62,961 nt of DNA from an uncultured Clostridium sp. (lineage in GTDB: Bacteria > Bacillota > Clostridia > TANB77 > CAG-508): positions 66,099 to 129,059 of the forward strand of contig CAMMVE010000001.1 of NCBI GenBank assembly GCA_946500265.1, given 5' to 3'. Both the position numbers and the translations under genes were made by a program. How positions within the stretch are numbered: the first letter of the stretch is position 1; each line of letters starts with the position of its first letter. The notes under the pieces were generated by a model, which was not told the DNA's origin, did not search any database, and saw only the letters and a list, made by a program, of their open reading frames with translations. Below are positions 39,390 to 49,619 of the stretch, piece by piece.

Positions 39390-40067
39390 TTACATTTCTT
39401 TTGCATGAATTACTAGTCTTTTTCCATTTACATTGTTACAAGTTACAAGCGTTACAATTCTAAGACCATTTGTGTTTTGAAAAGTACATGATGTATCATC
39501 AGATTTTGCTTCATATATATCATAAATCACATAATCTACTTTATTGCCAGATAAATCATAAATAGAGATTTTATCATTTTTACTTAATTCATTTAATCTG
39601 CTAAAAAACTTATAATCCACATAGTTATGACCAGCAATACATAAATTGCCAACCTCATTTGGCATAGGACCTGCAAATCTACATACAGAAATATCTAGTA
39701 AATTATTATTGCTAACAGACAAAATAGAGTAATTTAAATTGATTTTATCTATTTTAATAATACCAATTACGAATGGACTATTGTCAGTAGGTGTTACTTC
39801 ATAATTATTAATATTATTACTGTACAACGTAGAAATTGAATACGATTCTGTTAATAATTTAGAAAGTTTTTCATTTTGATTATTAGAATATAATCTAAAT
39901 ATAAAAATTCCAATGAAAATAAAAGCCAAAATAGCAGAAATAATAAAAGTGATTTTATACCACTTATTATTAGAAGTTTTATTCTTATTATGCTTATCTG
40001 GCATTTGGTTTGAATTTTGAATATTAATTTTATTTTTAGAAATAGAATTAAATATTATTTGATTCAT
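39390..40067 (-). CDS. Sortase (class D-like)
   Basis: TM anchor, G.I.I.KI, GN.CIAGHN, TLVTC..R; RBS AGGAAGG before ATG 40067. Confidence 0.88.
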   Translation of the reverse strand: MNQIIFNSISKNKINIQNSNQMPDKHNKNKTSNNKWYKITFIISAILAFIFIGIFIFRLYSNNQNEKLSKLLTESYSISTLYSNNINNYEVTPTDNSPFVIGIIKIDKINLNYSILSVSNNNLLDISVCRFAGPMPNEVGNLCIAGHNYVDYKFFSRLNELSKNDKISIYDLSGNKVDYVIYDIYEAKSDDTSCTFQNTNGLRIVTLVTCNNVNGKRLVIHAKEM

Positions 40068-40210
40068 AGGCAACCTTCCTAAAAATATTATTTGCAAAAA
40101 AATCAAAAATATTATGAAAAAAATTTCCTTAAGAAATTTTTAAAAAATGATACAAAATAATATAGATTTATGATAGAATAAGAGACAGTGAAAATAAATA
40201 TGTAAGGAGA

Positions 40211-40924
40211 GTGTTAAAAGTGCCCGAAAACAAGTACAAAAGAATTCTTCTCAAGCTTAGCGGAGAGGCATTAGCAGGAGAAAACAAAATTGGAATAGAC
40301 ACAGAAACAGTAGATAAAATTTGTGAGCAAATAAAAGAACTAGTCAAAATGAAAACAGAAGTAGCAATAGTAGTAGGTGGAGGCAACTTTTGGAGAGGTG
40401 CTAATAAAAAAATGGAGAGAACAACATCCGATTATATGGGAATGCTTGCTACTACAATGAATGGGCTAGCATTACAAAACACATTAGAAGAGAAAGGAGT
40501 GTATACAAGACTTCAAACTGCTATCGAGATGAGAGAAATTGCAGAGCCATATATTAAAAGAAGGGCTGTAAGGCACTTGGAAAAAGGCAGAGTAGTTATA
40601 TTTGGTTGTGGAACAGGAAACCCATATTTTACAACTGATACAGCAGCAGCATTAAGAGCAGCAGAAATTGATGCAGAGGTAATACTTGTAGGAAAAACAA
40701 TTGATGGGGTATATTCCGCAGATCCTAAAATTGACAAAAATGCTAAGAAATTTGATGAAATTACATATTTAGATATTTTAAGCGATAATTTAAAAGTAAT
40801 GGATTCCACAGCAATATCATTATGTAGAGACAATGATATTCATTTAATTGTTTTTGAAATTGCTAAACCTGAAAACATAGTAAAAATAGTTAAAGGTGAA
40901 AAAATAGGAACTTTAATTAAATAG
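40211..40924 (+). CDS. pyrH: Uridylate kinase
   Basis: [39 protein letters not shown]. Confidence 0.98.
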   Translation: MLKVPENKYKRILLKLSGEALAGENKIGIDTETVDKICEQIKELVKMKTEVAIVVGGGNFWRGANKKMERTTSDYMGMLATTMNGLALQNTLEEKGVYTRLQTAIEMREIAEPYIKRRAVRHLEKGRVVIFGCGTGNPYFTTDTAAALRAAEIDAEVILVGKTIDGVYSADPKIDKNAKKFDEITYLDILSDNLKVMDSTAISLCRDNDIHLIVFEIAKPENIVKIVKGEKIGTLIK

Positions 40925-41050
40925 AATTAATATAGCATTAGTGCAAAACATTAATAATTTATTGCAACACGTTAAATACATAATAAATTTGAAAGGTATA
41001 ATAAATAGAAAGGAGAGGTACAAGCAAATTAAGCTTGTACAAATAAAATT

Positions 41051-41599
41051 ATGGATTACAATAAATATGAAGAGAAAATGAACAAATCAATTAGTGTATT
41101 GGAGGAAAACTTCGCAGAAGTTAGAGCAGGAAGAGCAAACCCTGCAATATTAAACAAAATTACAGTAGATTATTATGGAACACCAACACCAATTAATCAA
41201 TTGGCAGGTATTTCTGTTCCTGAGGCAAGAATGATTGTTATTCAACCATGGGATGCAAATGTTTTAAAAGAAATTGAGAAAGAAATTTTAAAATCTGATA
41301 TAGGTATTAATCCAAATAATGATGGAAAAGTTATTAGACTTACTTTCCCAGAGTTAAATGAAGAAAGAAGAAAAGAAATAGTAAAAGATATAAGAAAAAT
41401 GGCTGAAGATGCAAAAGTGGCTATAAGAAGTATAAGAAGAGATGCTATTGATGAAGCAAAAGCTATGCAAAAAAATGCTGAAATGTCAGAAGACGAATTA
41501 AAATCTGCTGAAGATAGAATTCAAAAGCTTACAGATAAATTTGTAGAAGAAATTGATAAAATTCTTGCAAATAAAGAAAAAGAAGTTATGAGTATATAG
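41051..41599 (+). CDS. frr: Ribosome recycling factor
   Basis: [29 protein letters not shown]. Confidence 0.98.
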   Translation: MDYNKYEEKMNKSISVLEENFAEVRAGRANPAILNKITVDYYGTPTPINQLAGISVPEARMIVIQPWDANVLKEIEKEILKSDIGINPNNDGKVIRLTFPELNEERRKEIVKDIRKMAEDAKVAIRSIRRDAIDEAKAMQKNAEMSEDELKSAEDRIQKLTDKFVEEIDKILANKEKEVMSI

Positions 41600-41693
41600 T
41601 TTTATTGTGACTTGATAGAATTATTTAAATATAGAGTGTATATCTGCAACATGGAATAATTTATGCAGAAAAATAGAATTAAGGAGATTTCAA

Positions 41694-42416
41694 ATGACAA
41701 TAAATGATATAGATAAAGAGCTTATGCCACAGCATATTGCAATTATTATGGATGGAAATAGAAGATGGGCTAAAGAAAAAGGAATAGATACTAAATTAGG
41801 TCATAAAGCAGGAGCTGAAACATTAGAGAAAATTGCTGCCTTTGGAAATGAAATAGGTTTAAAATATCTTACTGTATATGCTTTTTCAACCGAAAACTGG
41901 AAAAGAACCAAGGAAGAAATCGGAGCATTAATGTTGTTGCTTCAAAATTATTTGGATAAGTTCTTAAATAGAGAAAGCTTGCGTAATATTAGAATAAGAG
42001 TAATGGGCAATATAGATGAGCTTGACAAAGGATTAAAAGATAGCATTAATAGGTTAGTTGAAAAGTCTAAAAACAATACAGGGCTTACATTGAATATAGC
42101 TTTTAATTATGGCGGAAGAAATGAAATTGTAAGAGCAACTAAGCAAATTGCAACAATGGTTAAGAATGATGAAATTAAAATCGACGACATAAATGAAGAA
42201 ATGTTTTCTAATAACTTATATACAAAAGGAGAACCAGAGCCAGATTTACTTATTAGAACTGGTGGAGAAGTAAGAGTAAGTAATTTCTTACTATGGCAGT
42301 TAGCATACACAGAGTTCTTATTTGTTGAAAAATATTGGCCAGATTTTGACAAAGAAGATTTACTAAATGCGATTAATATTTTTGAACAAAGAAATAGAAA
42401 ATTTGGCGGAAAATAA
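41694..42416 (+). CDS. uppS: Undecaprenyl-diphosphate synthase (isoprenyl transferase)
   Basis: HIAIIMDGNRRWA, YAFSTENWKR, NYGGR, RTGGE.R.SNFLLWQ. Confidence 0.97.
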   Translation: MTINDIDKELMPQHIAIIMDGNRRWAKEKGIDTKLGHKAGAETLEKIAAFGNEIGLKYLTVYAFSTENWKRTKEEIGALMLLLQNYLDKFLNRESLRNIRIRVMGNIDELDKGLKDSINRLVEKSKNNTGLTLNIAFNYGGRNEIVRATKQIATMVKNDEIKIDDINEEMFSNNLYTKGEPEPDLLIRTGGEVRVSNFLLWQLAYTEFLFVEKYWPDFDKEDLLNAINIFEQRNRKFGGK

Positions 42417-42460
42417 AGAACAAAACATACGAAGAGAAATAAACTTGAAAGGATTAAAAA

Positions 42461-43267
42461 ATGAGCATTAAGAGATTTTTATCGGGAATTATATTGTTCC
42501 CAATTTTTGCAGTGATTTTAATATTTGGGAATAAATATTTAGTAGATGTATTTATTAGTATAATAGCAATTATGAGTTTACATGAATTTTATAAAGCTTT
42601 TAAAGGAAAAGCAAATCCTATTCAATGGATAGGTTACATAACAGCAGGGCTTATTTCTTTCATTCATGTAATATCTGGAGAATATGTTTTGCCAGGAATC
42701 ACATTGCTTATTGTTGCAAATATACTTGCACTTTTCACACAAGTTGTTGTAACAGAAATGAAGAGAAATATAGATGATATAGCAATTTCGCTATTTGGTG
42801 TATGTTATATTGTGTTCTTCTTAGCTTTTGCACCATTAATTAGAGACAGCATGGAAAATGGAAAAATTCTCATTTGGTATGTATTTTTTGCAGCTTGGGG
42901 AACCGACATTTTTGCTTATCTAATTGGAAAAAATTTAGGAAAACATAAATTTACTAGTCTAAGTCCAAACAAATCTATTGAAGGATGCTTAGGAGGCATT
43001 TTAGGCTCAATTCTTTTTGTCATGGGATACACAGTAATTTGCAATTCTATTTGGAATATGGAAATTAGTTATTTATATGCATTTGGTGTTTCCGTATTTC
43101 TTAGTATACTTAGCCAAATTGGAGATTTGGCAGCCTCAAGTGTAAAGAGGCACTGTGGAATAAAAGATTATAGTAATCTTATTCCAGGTCATGGCGGAAT
43201 TTTAGATAGAATTGATAGTGTAATATTTATATTACCTTTTGCATATTTTTTATTAAGTGTCATCTGA
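42461..43267 (+). CDS. cdsA: Phosphatidate cytidylyltransferase
   Basis: SPNKSIEG, GDL..S.VKR..GIKD...IPGHGGILDRIDS. Confidence 0.96.
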   Translation: MSIKRFLSGIILFPIFAVILIFGNKYLVDVFISIIAIMSLHEFYKAFKGKANPIQWIGYITAGLISFIHVISGEYVLPGITLLIVANILALFTQVVVTEMKRNIDDIAISLFGVCYIVFFLAFAPLIRDSMENGKILIWYVFFAAWGTDIFAYLIGKNLGKHKFTSLSPNKSIEGCLGGILGSILFVMGYTVICNSIWNMEISYLYAFGVSVFLSILSQIGDLAASSVKRHCGIKDYSNLIPGHGGILDRIDSVIFILPFAYFLLSVI

Positions 43268-43362
43268 GTTATTGCTAAATAAAAGATATAAAAAATCATA
43301 ATTTAAAAATGATTAATAAAGATACCTAGTCTTTTTATTAATTTATTAATAAGGATGTGTGT

Positions 43363-44097
43363 ATGGGAATTATTATTACTGTTTTGAAAATTGTAATTAT
43401 ATTAGGATTTCTTGTATTGATTCATGAGACTGGACATTTCATTGTTGCAAGGCTTTGCAAAGTTAAGGTAAATGAATTTGCAATTGGTTTTGGACCAGTT
43501 ATTTGGCAAAAGGAAACTACAAGAACCAAGTATGCTTTAAGACTTATACCTTTAGGCGGTTTTGTTAGCATGCTAGGAGAAGAAGAGCGTTCAGATGAAG
43601 AAGGCTCTTTTAGTAAAGCAAGTATTCCAAAAAGAATTGCAATTGTAGCAGCAGGAGGAGTAGTAAATATCATATTTGCGATTATTCTTTATATTATTCT
43701 TGCTACAATTATTACAGGAAATTTTGGAATAGCAATAAGCGGGGCAGGAAATTTTATAATGGCAATGGTAGAAAGTATAAAAATGATATTTACAGGAGGA
43801 GTTACTGTAAATGATTTAATGGGGCCAATTGGAATTTCAGAAGTCGTTGCGCAAACAAGCACTACAATTGACTTCTTCTATATAATGGCTTTAATTTCTA
43901 TGTCACTTGGAGTTACAAACTTATTGCCATTTCCACCACTTGATGGAGGAAAAATATTAATTTATATTATAGAAGCAATTAGAAGAAAACCACTTAAAGA
44001 AGATTTTGAATTAAAATTGCAAATGGCAGGATTTTTACTTCTAATTATGCTATCTGTATTTGTAGCATTTAACGACGTAGGAAGAATTATGAATTAA
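43363..44097 (+). CDS. rseP: Site-2 metalloprotease RseP/RasP, PDZ-less short form
   Basis: HETGH, F.IGFGP, PLGGFV, NLLPFPPLDGG; only about 245 aa. Confidence 0.88.
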   Translation: MGIIITVLKIVIILGFLVLIHETGHFIVARLCKVKVNEFAIGFGPVIWQKETTRTKYALRLIPLGGFVSMLGEEERSDEEGSFSKASIPKRIAIVAAGGVVNIIFAIILYIILATIITGNFGIAISGAGNFIMAMVESIKMIFTGGVTVNDLMGPIGISEVVAQTSTTIDFFYIMALISMSLGVTNLLPFPPLDGGKILIYIIEAIRRKPLKEDFELKLQMAGFLLLIMLSVFVAFNDVGRIMN

Positions 44098-44121
44098 ATT
44101 TTTAAACTAGGAGATGAACTC

Positions 44122-47100
44122 ATGGATAGAACCATAAAAGAAATATTTAAGGATTATAATTCAGAAAGTTTTTCATTAAATGCAGGAAGAATTAAGGCTA
44201 TAAATTTGTTTAAAAAGACAAATAAATTAGAGTTAATAATTATTGCAGATGATTTTATAAAAATAGAAGATATATATAAATTTGAGCAATATGTAAAACA
44301 AAGATTTAATATTTTTGAAGTTAATGTTAAAGTTGAATACACTAAACAGCAAGATATAGATTTGAAAAAAGAATGGAATTTAATTATTTGTTATATGGCA
44401 CATAAGCACCCATTAAGCAAAGCTTTTCTAAGGAACAGTACAATTGAAATTAACGATAACAATATAACAGTTAATATGACTATGAAAGGCAAAAAGGTAC
44501 TTACAGCAAATAAATTTGATGAGATTTTATCAAACATCATATCTAATGTTTATGGACTAAATTATAAAATTAATTTCGTCGAAAATGTGTCTGAAGATGC
44601 TGTTAAAGAATATCTAGAACACAGTAAAGTACTTGAACAAGAAGCTATTAAGCATGCCACAATTTTAGCAGAGGAAGCTAGAAAAGAAAATGCAGATGAA
44701 AATGGCGAAAAAGCAAAGGCAAGTGGTGCCAAAACTTCTAAAGACACTTCATCTACTGAAGTTAGTGTGTCTATTGAAGTTCCACAAAACTCACAAGATA
44801 AGGAAGAAGAAAACTCACCATTAATTTATGGAAGAAGTGCAAAATTAAAAGAAGCATTAGTAAAAATAATCGATTTGAGTGTGGATAGCGGAAAAGTTGT
44901 ATTAGATGGAGAGATTATAAATATAGATTCGAGAGAACTAAAAAGCGGAAAAGTTCTTGTTATGTTTGATCTATTTGATGGGACAAGCACAATTACTTGT
45001 AAAGTGTTCTCTGAAGGCGATAAGTCAAAAGCCTTGATAGGAAGATTAAAAGGAGCGAAAGGAATTAAACTAGAAGGAACAGCTCAATTTGATCCTTTTG
45101 CAAAAGAACTTGGAGTTATAGCTAATGCAATAGTTGAGAGCACAGGCATTAAAAAAGAAACAAGAATGGATAATTCAAAAGAAAAAAGAGTAGAGCTTCA
45201 TATGCATACACAGATGAGTCAAATGGATGGGATGACATCTGCTACGGATTTATTAAAAAGAGCTGCAAAATGGGGAATGAAATCAATTGCCTTAACAGAC
45301 CATGGTGTTGTACAAGCATTTCCAGAAGCACATCATTTTTGCGAGAAAAATCCAGATTTAAAGGTTATATATGGTGTGGAAGCATATCTTGCACCAGATA
45401 GAACTCCTGTAGTATCTTTTCCTAAGGGACAGAGCATAGAAGATGCAACATTTTGCGTATTAGATTTGGAAACAACAGGCTTTTCATTTAGAACAGAAAA
45501 GATTACTGAAATAGGAATTATGAAAGTAAAAAACGGAGAAGTTATAGACGAATTTGCATGTTTTGTAAATCCTGAAAAGCCTATTCCACAGAGAGTTGTA
45601 GAAGTAACAAATATTACTGATGATATGGTAAAAGATGCTGAAACAATAGATAAAGTATTTCCTAAAATGATGGAATTTATTGGAGATTCTATTTTAGTTG
45701 CACATAATGCCGACTTCGATATTGGATTTTTGAAATATAATGCCAAAGAACTTGGATTTACTTTGAATAATACATATATGGACACATTAAGACTTGCAAA
45801 AGAATTATTCCCAGATTATAAAAAATACAAATTAGGCTTTATAGCTGAGAACTTGGGAATAAAGGTTGAAGTTGCACATAGGGCCTTAGATGATGTTGAT
45901 ACCACTGTTAAAGTTCTTAAAGTAATGCTTGATATGTTAAAAGAAAAAGGTGCAAAAGTTATAGAAGATATAGACAGACTATGTGCAGGAAACTCTGATT
46001 TTAGAAGACTTCCAACATATCATGCTATCATTTTAGCACAAAATTATGTAGGATTAAAAAATCTGTATAAATTAATTTCATATTCACATGTTAATTATTT
46101 TTACAAAAAACCTCGTATATTAAAGTCTATTTTCAAAAAATATTCTGAGGGATTAATACTTGGTAGTGCATGTGAGCAAGGCGAAATATATAGAGCAATT
46201 GTGGCAGGAAAAACAGATGAAGAGATAGAAGCAATTGCAGCAGATTATGATTATTTGGAAATTCAACCTATTGGAAACAATATGTTTATGGTCAGAAACG
46301 GAACAGTACCTGATGTTAAAGCATTAGAAGATATAAATAAAAAAATTGTGGATTTAGGAGATAAGCTTGGTAAACCAGTTGTAGCAACATGTGATGTGCA
46401 TTTTATGGATCCACAAGATGAAATATACAGACGTATTTTAATGGCGGGACAAGGATATGATGATGCTGATGAACAAGCACCTTTGTATTTACGTACAACT
46501 GAGGAAATGCTTAAAGAATTTGAATATCTTGGAGAAGAGAAGGCATACGAAGTTGTTGTAACAAACACAAACAAAATTGCAGACATGTGCGAGAAAATAA
46601 GCCCAATATCGCCAGAAAAATGTGCTCCTCATATAGATGGTTGTGAACAAACAATTAAAGATATAGCATATGGAAAAGCACATGAGCTATATGGAGACCC
46701 ACTTCCAGATATTGTAGAAGAAAGACTTAGCAAAGAGCTAGAATCAATTATAAAAAATGGATTCTCCGTTATGTACATAATTGCACAAAAGCTTGTGTGG
46801 AAGTCGAATGAAGATGGATACATAGTTGGTTCTAGAGGTTCAGTTGGTTCTTCATTTGCTGCATATGCAACAGGCATAACAGAGGTAAACTCATTACCAC
46901 CACACTATAGATGTCCGAAATGCAAATATTCAGATTTTACAGACTATGGTTATGCATGTGGATACGATTTGCCTGACAAGGACTGTCCATACTGCGGAAC
47001 CAAGATGGTAAAAGACGGTATAGACATACCTTTCGAAACATTCCTTGGATTTAATGGAGACAAGGAACCAGATATAGACTTAAACTTCTCAGGAGAATAT

Positions 47101-48507
47101 CAAGCAAAAGCTCATAGATACACAGAAGTTATATTTGGAAAAGGTACCACATTTAAAGCAGGAACAGTAGGTACTGTAGCAGATAAAACAGCATATGGAT
47201 ATGTAAAAAAATATTATGAAGAAAGAGGCATACCAATTAATAATGCTGAAGTTTTGAGAATTGCAAAAGGATGTACAGGCATAAAAAGAACAACAGGACA
47301 GCACCCTGGTGGAATTATAGTTGTACCAAAAGGTAGAGAAATATACGAATTCTGCCCAGTGCAACATCCAGCAGATGACCCTAATTCAGACATTATAACT
47401 ACACATTTTGATTACCACTCAATAGACCAAAACTTGTTAAAACTTGATATACTAGGTCATGATGATCCTACGATGATAAGAATGCTATTTGATATAACAG
47501 GAATTGACCCAACTAAAGTACCACTTGATGATAAAGAGACAATGTCAATATTTAGTTCCACAGATGCATTGGGTGTTACTCCTGAGCAAATAAAAAGCAA
47601 AGTAGGAAGCTATGGAATACCAGAATTCGGTACAAAATTCGTAAGAGGAATGTTAGTAGATACAAAACCTACTACATTTGATGAATTAATACGTATATCT
47701 GGATTATCACATGGTACAGACGTATGGCTTGGAAATGCTCAGAGTTTAATTGAAGATGGAACAGTAACTTTGAATGAGGCTATATGTTGCCGTGATGATA
47801 TTATGATATATTTAATAAAAAAAGGATTACCACCAAATAAAGCATTTAAAATAATGGAAACAGTTCGTAAAGGAAAAGCACTTAAGGACCCAGAAAAATG
47901 GGCAGAATTTGTTGCATTAATGAAAGAGCATGATGTACCTGAATGGTATATAAAATCATGTGAAAAAATAAAATACATGTTCCCAAAAGCCCATGCAGCA
48001 GCATATGTAACAAACGCATTTAGAATAGCATGGTTTAAAGTACATCAGCCAAAAGCATATTATGCAGCATATTTCACAATTAGAGCAGACGAATTCGATA
48101 GTGATATAATGTGTTATGGTAAAGAAAAAGTGTTAAACAAAATGAAAGAAATTGACCTAGCAGGAAATAGTGCAACAACAAAAGATAAAAACATGTATGC
48201 TATATTAGAATTAGTACTAGAAATGTATGAAAGAGGAATAAAATTCTTACCAATAGACTTGTATAAATCACACTCAACAAAATTTATAGTAGAAGAAGAA
48301 GGAATACGTCCGCCATTAAATAGCATACCAGGACTAGGAACAGTTGCTGCACAAGGAATAGAGGCAGCAAAGCAAGATGGCAAATTCATGTCAATAGACG
48401 ATATGAAAATACGTTCAAAAATAGGAAAATCAGTAATAGAACTACTAGATAAAGTAGGATGTTTAAAAGGAATGAGCCAAAGCAACCAAATGAGTTTATT
48501 TGGATAA
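44122..48507 (+). CDS. polC: DNA polymerase III PolC
   Basis: PHP (ELHMHT, TDHG) with inserted exonuclease (DLETTG, AHRALDD), GSRGSVGSS, KEPDIDLNFSG, YMFPKAHAAAY, C-terminal clamp-binding motif QMSLF. Confidence 0.98.
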   Translation: MDRTIKEIFKDYNSESFSLNAGRIKAINLFKKTNKLELIIIADDFIKIEDIYKFEQYVKQRFNIFEVNVKVEYTKQQDIDLKKEWNLIICYMAHKHPLSKAFLRNSTIEINDNNITVNMTMKGKKVLTANKFDEILSNIISNVYGLNYKINFVENVSEDAVKEYLEHSKVLEQEAIKHATILAEEARKENADENGEKAKASGAKTSKDTSSTEVSVSIEVPQNSQDKEEENSPLIYGRSAKLKEALVKIIDLSVDSGKVVLDGEIINIDSRELKSGKVLVMFDLFDGTSTITCKVFSEGDKSKALIGRLKGAKGIKLEGTAQFDPFAKELGVIANAIVESTGIKKETRMDNSKEKRVELHMHTQMSQMDGMTSATDLLKRAAKWGMKSIALTDHGVVQAFPEAHHFCEKNPDLKVIYGVEAYLAPDRTPVVSFPKGQSIEDATFCVLDLETTGFSFRTEKITEIGIMKVKNGEVIDEFACFVNPEKPIPQRVVEVTNITDDMVKDAETIDKVFPKMMEFIGDSILVAHNADFDIGFLKYNAKELGFTLNNTYMDTLRLAKELFPDYKKYKLGFIAENLGIKVEVAHRALDDVDTTVKVLKVMLDMLKEKGAKVIEDIDRLCAGNSDFRRLPTYHAIILAQNYVGLKNLYKLISYSHVNYFYKKPRILKSIFKKYSEGLILGSACEQGEIYRAIVAGKTDEEIEAIAADYDYLEIQPIGNNMFMVRNGTVPDVKALEDINKKIVDLGDKLGKPVVATCDVHFMDPQDEIYRRILMAGQGYDDADEQAPLYLRTTEEMLKEFEYLGEEKAYEVVVTNTNKIADMCEKISPISPEKCAPHIDGCEQTIKDIAYGKAHELYGDPLPDIVEERLSKELESIIKNGFSVMYIIAQKLVWKSNEDGYIVGSRGSVGSSFAAYATGITEVNSLPPHYRCPKCKYSDFTDYGYACGYDLPDKDCPYCGTKMVKDGIDIPFETFLGFNGDKEPDIDLNFSGEYQAKAHRYTEVIFGKGTTFKAGTVGTVADKTAYGYVKKYYEERGIPINNAEVLRIAKGCTGIKRTTGQHPGGIIVVPKGREIYEFCPVQHPADDPNSDIITTHFDYHSIDQNLLKLDILGHDDPTMIRMLFDITGIDPTKVPLDDKETMSIFSSTDALGVTPEQIKSKVGSYGIPEFGTKFVRGMLVDTKPTTFDELIRISGLSHGTDVWLGNAQSLIEDGTVTLNEAICCRDDIMIYLIKKGLPPNKAFKIMETVRKGKALKDPEKWAEFVALMKEHDVPEWYIKSCEKIKYMFPKAHAAAYVTNAFRIAWFKVHQPKAYYAAYFTIRADEFDSDIMCYGKEKVLNKMKEIDLAGNSATTKDKNMYAILELVLEMYERGIKFLPIDLYKSHSTKFIVEEEGIRPPLNSIPGLGTVAAQGIEAAKQDGKFMSIDDMKIRSKIGKSVIELLDKVGCLKGMSQSNQMSLFG

Positions 48508-48508
48508 A

Positions 48509-48565
48509 CTTGAACAAAAGGGACACTCCTTTTTGTTCAAGTTTTTGAACATTTGGGACAGTCCT
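48509..48565. repeat. Subfamily B element (tandem form), left member of inverted pair
   Basis: 57 bp, 54/57 identical to the reverse complement of 49884-49940. Confidence 0.88.
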
Positions 48566-48594
48566 GAATAGATAGAAAGGCATGTGATTTATTT

Positions 48595-49188
48595 ATGGAA
48601 AATGAATTCAAAAGAAGTCTAAAACCAAGACAATTGTCAGAGCGAGAAGTTAAAGAAATATTAAATTTAGCTCAGAAGCATAAACATAATATTTCAGAGA
48701 TTTCGAAGATATTAAAGATATCATACTCTGATGTTGTTAATGTTTTTAATCAATATAATATTAATAGAGAGGTAGGAGACGAAACTCCAAGAGGAATTAC
48801 TTTGCAAACTAAAATGATAATGGAATTAGCCAAGACTAATAAATTCACAATGAAAGAAATTGCTGATAAGTTAGAGATTCCTTTAAAATCTGTTTCGGAT
48901 GCTGTACAAAGGCATAAAATAAAGGGCATAGTAAGAACAAATAATAGAAGAGAAGTTTTGCAAGAGATAATAAGATTAGCGCAGACAGGAGAATATAGTG
49001 TAGAAGAAATTTCTGAAATTACAGGACAAAGCATTGAAAAAGTTGAAAGAAGTTTAAAAACATATAACATCAAAGGATTACCGCAAAGAAATTCTACAAA
49101 TCATAATCAAGGTAAAACGATAGATACAAAAATAGAAATAAGCTCAGATAATCATATTAACAAAGATGGTGAAGAGTTAGAACTTTAA
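48595..49188 (+). CDS. Protein with three tandem helix-turn-helix repeats
   Basis: Three repeats of I..LA......EI...L......V......I, about 45-50 aa apart; acidic tail KDGEELEL. Confidence 0.7.
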   Translation: MENEFKRSLKPRQLSEREVKEILNLAQKHKHNISEISKILKISYSDVVNVFNQYNINREVGDETPRGITLQTKMIMELAKTNKFTMKEIADKLEIPLKSVSDAVQRHKIKGIVRTNNRREVLQEIIRLAQTGEYSVEEISEITGQSIEKVERSLKTYNIKGLPQRNSTNHNQGKTIDTKIEISSDNHINKDGEELEL

Positions 49189-49281
49189 AATGTCTTTATT
49201 CGACATAATATCTTTCGTAACTTGAAAACGTAACAAAAAAATTAGATGAAACTGGTTTGCATAAAATATTACAAATATTTT

Positions 49282-49461
49282 TGTGGATAACTTTAAAAAT
49301 ACAACCCGCTATTTTGAGTTATTCACAGAGTTATCCACATTATCCACATGTATGTGGATATTTTTATGTTGAAAAATATTGATAATCATGTAACATAATG
49401 TCGGAATATAAATTAAATAAATATAATGTATATAATAAAGTAGAATAATGTCTGTGGATAA
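49282..49461. promoter_or_regulatory. DnaA-box cluster (six boxes)
   Basis: TGTGGATAA 49282, TTATTCACA 49319, TTATCCACA 49331, TTATCCACA 49340, TGTGGATAT 49353, TGTGGATAA 49453. Confidence 0.85.
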
Positions 49462-49552
49462 AAATTCTATCTTCTAGTCTCGTTATGAAAATTTATGCTG
49501 CCGTCAAGTGAAAAGCTAAATTTATGCTGCTATGCAAAAATAAAATATTTGA

Positions 49553-49581
49553 TTGACAAAACCAGCTATTAACTTTATAAT
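49553..49581 (+). promoter_or_regulatory. Sigma-A promoter
   Basis: TTGACA-17-TATAAT; preceded by direct repeat AAATTTATGCTGC (49489-49501, 49518-49530). Confidence 0.7.
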
Positions 49582-49619
49582 ATTTATGTGAAATTAATTT
49601 AGAAGGGAATGTTTGCATT

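Noticed and set aside
49282-49461. DnaA-box cluster as the chromosomal oriC
   Set aside because: No dnaA/dnaN/rpmH neighbourhood and no change in gene orientation across it; retained as a non-origin cluster
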